DNA from: Deltaproteobacteria bacterium
GTDB taxonomy: Bacteria > Myxococcota_A > UBA796 > SXON01
Assembly (NCBI GenBank): GCA_947490345.1
Contig: CANLGL010000014.1
Coordinates: 29,208-93,207, forward strand
DNA: 64,000 bases
Direction of reading: 5' to 3'
In this document: positions 59,118-64,000 of the stretch, piece after piece
How positions within the stretch are numbered: the first letter of the stretch is position 1
Layout of the letters: the number at the start of each line of letters is the position of its first letter
The notes under the pieces: model-generated
What the model was told of the DNA's origin: nothing
Databases searched by the model: none
The model's input: only the letters and a program-made list of their open reading frames with translations
Program-made: the position numbers and the translations under genes

Positions 59118-59747
59118 TCAGCCCGTCGGGCGCGCGGCCACGAGATCGATCTTGAGGACGACCTTGTCCTGGATCAGATTGTCGGGCTTGCCCGGGTAGA
59201 CGATGCCGAAGTCGGCGCGGACGATGGCGAACTCGGCGTGCCCCTCGACGGCGTCGGGCTTCACGGTGAGCGTGGCCGGGAAGGTGATCTCCTTCGCGAC
59301 GCCGCGGATGCTCAGCGTACCGGTGATCGTGTGGGTAGCGCCGTTTTCACCCCCGGCGACGATGGCGGTGGAGGCGAAGCTTGCCGCTGGGAAGGCGTCC
59401 GCGTCGAAGAAGTCGGGGCTCTTGAGGTGACCGTCAAGCTTCACGCTGTCGGTCACGACCGAGGCGACCCGCACGTTGACCTCCAGCCCAGCCAGTGCGT
59501 CGCCGTCCAGCCGGATGTTCCCGTCAAAGTCGGAGAAGTTCAGCTCGTGGCTGTCGGTGATTTTTGCGCCGATGGCCTTGACCGACGAACGAGCGCGATC
59601 GAGCTGGAAGCCGGGTCCTGGCGAGGGTGCGGTCGGCGGGGGCGTCGGCGCGGGCGGCGCTTCAACCGCGGGGGCAACGACGGCGACCGGTTTGTCTTTG
59701 GCGACGTCGTCGGCGCAGGCGAGGAGAAACAGAGCGATCGAGAGCAT
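59118..59747 (-). CDS. YceI family lipoprotein
   Basis: ATG is the complement of 59745-59747 and gives MLSIALFLLAC. The body LDGHLKSPDFFDADAFPAASFAST...THTITGTLSIRGVAKEITFPATL is the YceI pattern. The remaining upstream 250 codons of ORF 59118..60509 were rejected. Confidence 0.8.
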   Translation of the reverse strand: MLSIALFLLACADDVAKDKPVAVVAPAVEAPPAPTPPPTAPSPGPGFQLDRARSSVKAIGAKITDSHELNFSDFDGNIRLDGDALAGLEVNVRVASVVTDSVKLDGHLKSPDFFDADAFPAASFASTAIVAGGENGATHTITGTLSIRGVAKEITFPATLTVKPDAVEGHAEFAIVRADFGIVYPGKPDNLIQDKVVLKIDLVAARPTG

Positions 59748-59798
59748 GGGAATCCAGGGGTGCGCTCGCCTATCGCGCCCGAGGGTTAGCTGGCGGAG

Positions 59799-60119
59799 GT
59801 GACCATTCCCGAGCTGCGCGCGCTGGCGATGGCGCTTCCCGGAAGCGAGGAGGCGCCTCACTTTCAGTACAGCTCCTTCCGTGTGGGCGGGAGGATCTAC
59901 GCGACGGTTCCGCCCGAAGGGGACCGGGTGCACCTCTTCGTCGATCCCACCTTGGGGGACGGCGTGGCTGGATGCACCCCGTTGTCGTGGGGTGCCAAAG
60001 TCGTTGGGCTCCGAGTGGAGCTGGCGGTGGCGGAGCGCGAGGTGCTGACGAGGCTCTTGGCGTTGGCGTGGCGCAAGCGAGCCCCGCGGCGGGTGCAGGC
60101 CCAGTTCGACGGGGGGTGA
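59799..60119 (+). CDS. MmcQ/YjbR family protein
   Basis: LRALAMALPGSEEAPHFQYSSFRVGGRIYATV resembles the YjbR/MmcQ-family core. 106 aa, GTG start. Confidence 0.65.
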   Translation: MTIPELRALAMALPGSEEAPHFQYSSFRVGGRIYATVPPEGDRVHLFVDPTLGDGVAGCTPLSWGAKVVGLRVELAVAEREVLTRLLALAWRKRAPRRVQAQFDGG

Positions 60120-60126
60120 GGGGGTA

Positions 60127-60184
60127 GCTAACGAATCCGCCCCTCCACGAAGGGGACCTCCAAGCACTTCTCGTGGCTGATCGG
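60127..60184. repeat. 58-bp direct repeat, copy A (orphan duplicate of the sulfatase-like gene 3' end)
   Basis: gctaacgaatccgcccctccacgaaggggacctccaagcacttctcgtggctgatcgg is identical to 60337-60394. It starts 7 nt after the MmcQ-like stop. Confidence 0.95.
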
Positions 60185-60336
60185 CCCCCTCACGCCGCGC
60201 TTGCCGCGCGGCTCCGGGGGCGGGCTGCGGGCGACTCGCGGGCTTGCCGCCCGCGTGCCTCGAATGACTCGGCACCGTCGCCCTCCGCGTCCGATCAACC
60301 ACGAGAAGCGGTTGCCGCGGCTTGGGCGCCCTCTCG

Positions 60337-60394
60337 GCTAACGAATCCGCCCCTCCACGAAGGGGACCTCCAAGCACTTCTCGTGGCTGATCGG
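60337..60394. repeat. 58-bp direct repeat, copy B (last 18 codons plus stop of the sulfatase-like gene)
   Basis: Identical to 60127-60184. On the minus strand it encodes ..PISHEKCLEVPFVEGRIR*. Confidence 0.95.
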
Positions 60395-61294
60395 ACCATG
60401 TCCGAAATAGCCTTTTTCTCCGAAGAGCTCCCCGTGATCGGCGGTGATCGTGATCCACGTGTTGTTGGGCACGAGGTCGAAGAGCTCCTCGCACGCGCGG
60501 TCCACCCACCGCACCGCGTCCACCTGGCGGGCGTGGAGCTCCTTCATCTTGTCAGCGTCGAAAAAGGCTGGAGCTTCCTCGTGATGGACGAGTCCGCCCG
60601 CCCGCACGTGGTCGTCCAGATGCTTGAACACGCCGTTGACCCCTGAGATCCTCGGCCAGGAGTTCTCGGGCTCGTCGGGCGTGGCGTAGGGGTAGTGGGT
60701 CTCGCCGGTATTCAGCACGAAAAAACTCGGACGATCCTCGTAAAAACGCATGCGGCGGAACATGGCGCCGACGTCGTTGTGCTTGGGCATCAGCGCGTAG
60801 TCGTCGAAGTCGCGATTGACTGGGGTCGACGGGTTGAGCACCGGCATCGACACGTACATGTTGGTCCGGTAGCCCAGGTGGTGGCGGAGGTAGCTGGGAA
60901 GCCACAGCCCCGGAACCATCTTGCCGAACTCGATCTCCTCGACGTTGAGCCGGTCGCGGAAGCGCAGGAAGTCTTCTTTGTAGTACTCACTCGCGTAGAC
61001 GTTCTTGGGCGAGTTGTGCGGCAAAAGCCCGATGAGCAAGTTGTAGTGGCTCGGCGCGGTCCAACTGGCGTAGCTCCACCGCCGCTCGACCGACCCGAGC
61101 TTCGTCATCAGCTTTGGCTTGGCCTTCACGAAGCTGTCGAACCGGCAACTGTCAAGGATGAGGATGACGTAGTTGCTGGCGCCTGGCGGCGGGTTGGGCC
61201 TCGCGAAAAGCGGAGACGGCGCCGGCGACGGGGCAGGGGACCCGACCGTGTGTGCCGGCCGCAGCCGCCGCAGGAGGCGGTCGACAAGGGACAT
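60338..61294 (-). CDS. sulfatase-like hydrolase/transferase (alkaline phosphatase superfamily)
   Basis: ATG is the complement of 61292-61294 (MSLVDRLLRRL...). NYVILILDSCRFDSF near the N-terminus and ITADHGELFGEKGYFGHG near the C-terminus are sulfatase-superfamily blocks. The upstream 456 codons of ORF 60338..62662 are antisense to lpxA and the Gfo gene. Confidence 0.7.
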   Translation of the reverse strand: MSLVDRLLRRLRPAHTVGSPAPSPAPSPLFARPNPPPGASNYVILILDSCRFDSFVKAKPKLMTKLGSVERRWSYASWTAPSHYNLLIGLLPHNSPKNVYASEYYKEDFLRFRDRLNVEEIEFGKMVPGLWLPSYLRHHLGYRTNMYVSMPVLNPSTPVNRDFDDYALMPKHNDVGAMFRRMRFYEDRPSFFVLNTGETHYPYATPDEPENSWPRISGVNGVFKHLDDHVRAGGLVHHEEAPAFFDADKMKELHARQVDAVRWVDRACEELFDLVPNNTWITITADHGELFGEKGYFGHGPISHEKCLEVPFVEGRIR

Positions 61295-61318
61295 CCCGCC
61301 CGATATCCCGGAGCGCGC

Positions 61319-62122
61319 ATGCCCATCCACGCCACCGCCGTCGTCGATTCTCGCGCCGAGCTCGGCGTCGACGTGGAGATCGGGCCCTACGCGGTCATCG
61401 AGGGCAAGGTGCAGTTGGGCGACCGCGTCCAGGTGCAGTCCCACGCCGTGGTGCGCGGCCAGACCACCATCGGCGCTGACAGTCGCATCTTCTCGTTTGC
61501 ATGCGTGGGCGGCGATCCGCAGGACATGAAGTATCGGGGTGAGGAAACAGCCCTCGTCGTGGGGCAACGCAACGTTTTCCGCGAGCATGTCACCGCCAAC
61601 CGCGGCACCAGCCACGGCGGCGGCGTCACCCGAATCGGCAACGACAACCTCTTCATGGCCAACGCGCACGTCGCCCACGATTGTGTCGTCGGCGATCACT
61701 GCGTCTTCGCGAACAGCGTCGCAATCGCGGGGCACGTCCTCGTGCAGGATCGCGCTGTTCTGGGCGGCCTCGCAGCGGTACACCAGCACGGTCGGATCGG
61801 GCGGTGTTCGATGGTGGGCGGCGGCGGCATGGCGGCGCAGGACGTGCCCCCGTTCACCATCGCCCAGGGTGACCGCGCGCGCCTCGTGGGGCTCAACGTC
61901 GTGGGCCTCCGCCGTGCTGGATTCACCCGCGAAGTGATGTCCGCGCTGAAGACCGCCTACCGTGAGCTCTTCCAGGCGGGAATGCCGCTGCGCATCGCCG
62001 CCGAGCAGGTGCGCGCCTTCTACAGCGACGTGCCCGAGGTGATCGAGTTGGTCGATTTCCTCGAGTCCAGCCAGCGCGGCATCTGCCGTTCGGTGGGCTC
62101 GCCGGACGCGGCGGACGAGTAG
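61319..62122 (+). CDS. lpxA: acyl-ACP--UDP-N-acetylglucosamine O-acyltransferase
   Basis: MPIHATAVVDSRAELGVDVEIGPYAVIEG..., hexapeptide repeats, ..GGDPQDMKYRGE.., ..GLNVVGLRRAGF.. are LpxA hallmarks. ATG 61319 lies inside ORF 60695..62122. Confidence 0.92.
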   Translation: MPIHATAVVDSRAELGVDVEIGPYAVIEGKVQLGDRVQVQSHAVVRGQTTIGADSRIFSFACVGGDPQDMKYRGEETALVVGQRNVFREHVTANRGTSHGGGVTRIGNDNLFMANAHVAHDCVVGDHCVFANSVAIAGHVLVQDRAVLGGLAAVHQHGRIGRCSMVGGGGMAAQDVPPFTIAQGDRARLVGLNVVGLRRAGFTREVMSALKTAYRELFQAGMPLRIAAEQVRAFYSDVPEVIELVDFLESSQRGICRSVGSPDAADE

Positions 62123-62128
62123 CCGCCG

Positions 62129-62950
62129 ATGCGGGTCGCGCTCTACGGGCTGGGCCGGATGGGCGCGCACCACCTCCGCCACCTGGGCGAGCTCGGCCAC
62201 GAGGTCTTGGTCGTCGACGCCGCGCGTGGCCATCAAGGCGATCCCGCCGGGGTCGATGCGGTTGTGGTCGCCACCCCCACCGAGTCGCATGTTGCTGTCG
62301 CGACACCCTGGCTTGAGCGAGGCGTCCCGGTGCTCGTGGAGAAGCCGCTCGCGGGCTCGTTGGCCGCCGGCCGGACCCTGGCCGCGTTCGGCCACTGCGC
62401 GGTCGGGCACGTCGAACGCTTCAACCCCGCGTTCCTGGCGCTTGGTCCGGTTGACGCTCGCTTCGTCCAGGCGGAGCGCCTCGCGCCTTGGGCCGAACGG
62501 GGCCTTGACGTGGATGTGGTGCTCGACCTGATGATCCACGATCTCGACCTTTTCTGGAGTCTCACGCGTTCGCCGGTGCGGGAGGTGCGCGCCGACGGAC
62601 TCGCGGTCCGGAGCGGACTCTTCGATATCGTGCACGCCCGTGTCGAGACGGAGGCGGGGCATGTGGGTGTCTTCACCGCCAGCCGCATCAGCCGGCGGCC
62701 GTCACGGACACTCCGGGTCTTTTCGCCGGGGGGCTACGCCAGCCTGGACCTCCGCGCGCGTACCGGCGTGCGGCTTGACGACACGCTCGCCGAGCACGCC
62801 CTTGAGGTGCCCCCCAAGGACGCCCTGCGCGCCGAGTTGTCGGCGTTCATCGACGCGGTCGGGGGTGGAGCGCCGTTCCCGGTCCCGGCCTCCGACGCAC
62901 TGCCGGCGCTGGCGATGGCGGAGGCCATCCGCGACGCCTGTCTCCGATGA
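62129..62950 (+). CDS. Gfo/Idh/MocA family oxidoreductase
   Basis: MRVALYGLGRMGAHHLRHL (Rossmann), VLVEKPLA, HVERFNPAF. Located between lpxA and lpxB. Confidence 0.8.
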   Translation: MRVALYGLGRMGAHHLRHLGELGHEVLVVDAARGHQGDPAGVDAVVVATPTESHVAVATPWLERGVPVLVEKPLAGSLAAGRTLAAFGHCAVGHVERFNPAFLALGPVDARFVQAERLAPWAERGLDVDVVLDLMIHDLDLFWSLTRSPVREVRADGLAVRSGLFDIVHARVETEAGHVGVFTASRISRRPSRTLRVFSPGGYASLDLRARTGVRLDDTLAEHALEVPPKDALRAELSAFIDAVGGGAPFPVPASDALPALAMAEAIRDACLR

Positions 62951-63975
62951 ACCTGCTGCTCAGCGCCATCGAGCCGAGCGCCGATCGGATGGGCGCCGAG
63001 CTGCTGGCCGAGCTGTCTCGACGCGGGGTGCCCCTTCGGGTGCGGGGGCTGGGTGGCCCGCTGCTGCGGGCGCAGGGGCTCGTTCCGGTGGCGCCGCTGG
63101 CCCCGGCCGCGATGGGGCTGGTCGAGGTGATCCGCCACTTGGGAGCCCTTCGTCGGCAGCGAGCGGCGTTGGTAAGTGCGGCCGAGAGTGAGCGCCCCGA
63201 CCTGTGTGTGTGCATCGACGCTCCCGACTTCCATCTTCCAGTCGCGACATTGCTGCGGCGACGTGGCATCCGCACGGTGGGCTGGGTCTCTCCGCAGCTT
63301 TGGGCGTGGCGGCCGGGGCGGAAACACACGGTTGCCCAGGCCTACGACGAGCTCCTGTGCCTTTTTCCCTTCGAGCCGGCGCTCTATGAGGGCACGAGCC
63401 TCACGGCGGCGTTCGTCGGCCATGGGGCCATCGACCGCGGTCGCCCTCGCCGGCCGGAGTCGGGCTCGGTGGCCATCTTTCCCGGATCCCGTCCGGCCGA
63501 GCTAACGCGACTTCTTTCTATATTTTTGGCCGCGACCCGCAGCTACACCACGGTCTTTGTCGCCGAGGCCCCGGGTACCGAGCTGCGCGGACTCTTGCCG
63601 AAGGACGAACGCTTGGTGGTCGTTTCGGCGGAAGAGGCGATCGTCCGCTGCGAGCGCGCCCTGTCCAAATCCGGAACGGTGACGTTGGAGCTCGCGTTGT
63701 CGGGAGTTCCCACCGTCGTCGCGCATCGGGTTCATCCGCTCACCTGGCTGGTGGGTCGAATCCTCGTGCGTGGGATCCGGTTCTTGTCGTTGCCGAACAT
63801 CCTCCTCGATCGTGAGGTGTTTCGAGAATTCGTACAGCGCTTCACCCACGACGATCTCTGGGCCGCCCTTCGCCTCGCTCAAGAACCTCCGGCCGATGAG
63901 CTCCGCGCGCTCGTGGGTCCGCCTGGCGTTGTCAGCCGCGTCGCGGACCGGATCACCCGAGGTGAACGGCCGTGA
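62947..63975 (+). CDS. lpxB: lipid-A-disaccharide synthase
   Basis: ATGA overlap with the preceding gene. LLSAIEPSADRMGAELL, CIDAPDFHLP, VSPQLWAWRPGR, ALSKSGTVTLELALSGVPTVV are LpxB blocks. Confidence 0.9.
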   Translation: MNLLLSAIEPSADRMGAELLAELSRRGVPLRVRGLGGPLLRAQGLVPVAPLAPAAMGLVEVIRHLGALRRQRAALVSAAESERPDLCVCIDAPDFHLPVATLLRRRGIRTVGWVSPQLWAWRPGRKHTVAQAYDELLCLFPFEPALYEGTSLTAAFVGHGAIDRGRPRRPESGSVAIFPGSRPAELTRLLSIFLAATRSYTTVFVAEAPGTELRGLLPKDERLVVVSAEEAIVRCERALSKSGTVTLELALSGVPTVVAHRVHPLTWLVGRILVRGIRFLSLPNILLDREVFREFVQRFTHDDLWAALRLAQEPPADELRALVGPPGVVSRVADRITRGERP

Positions 63976-64000
63976 GCTTCTCTTGCAGGTGCGCGGCGAA

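Noticed and set aside
60185-60336. The 152-bp spacer between the 58-bp direct repeats as a MITE
   Set aside because: I found no terminal inverted repeats and no second copy in the window. It is retained only as part of the direct-repeat finding.
60338-62662. 774-aa ORF extending the sulfatase-like gene upstream
   Set aside because: The upstream 456 codons are antisense to lpxA and the Gfo/Idh/MocA gene and have junk composition. A credible start with a coherent N-terminus lies at 61294.
63972-64000. Possible start of another gene (GTG overlapping the lpxB stop)
   Set aside because: Only about 9 codons remain before the window ends, which is too little to support any call.

Overview
The window is a GC-rich (judged by eye, not computed), gene-dense bacterial chromosome segment. 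I support about 60 protein genes and found no rRNA, tRNA or CRISPR array. The gene content suggests a Myxococcota-type organism, which is an inference: FG-GAP proteins with D-x-D-C-D cysteine motifs, a MYXO-CTERM-like tail, a Ser/Thr kinase and Ala-rich TPR proteins.

Core housekeeping blocks:
- phoH / 7TM-HD (PgpH-like) / ybeY.
- prfB, with the classical +1 programmed frameshift that the ORF track misses.
- An outer-membrane biogenesis supercluster, lysS-lolE-lolD-bamA-skp-lpxD-fabZ ... lpxA-gfo-lpxB. It is interrupted between fabZ and lpxA by about 11.7 kb of unrelated genes.
- About 10 kb separates prfB from lysS. It holds an intact Phd/YefM-VapC module, a PlsA/PlsR-like (BCR/HAD-type) radical-enzyme pair, two decayed DUF4143-ATPase 3' remnants bracketing a 51-bp tandem hairpin array, then GST, DoxX and ansA-tetR-DUF922.

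Observations I rate highest:
1. A cluster at 10.0-15.1 kb joins a biotin-carboxylase-like ATP-grasp protein that has lost its glycine-rich loop and catalytic block with three AstE/AspA (M14-like) paralogs. Two of the paralogs have lost metal-ligand histidines. A DUF2520 gene and an unannotated 57-codon ORF sit alongside.
2. The 51-bp x 3.6 tandem array of nested palindromes at 37.8 kb.
3. A perfect 58-bp direct repeat that duplicates the 3' end of a sulfatase-like gene at 60.1-60.4 kb.
4. An FG-GAP/MYXO-CTERM gene split by one in-frame TAG, whose 3' end overlaps a VapC remnant.
5. The PlsA/PlsR-like pair.

Many long ORFs in the track are antisense 'shadow' ORFs typical of high-GC DNA, and I rejected them. 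All homology statements come from my own reading of the translated sequences and remembered family motifs. No searches were run.
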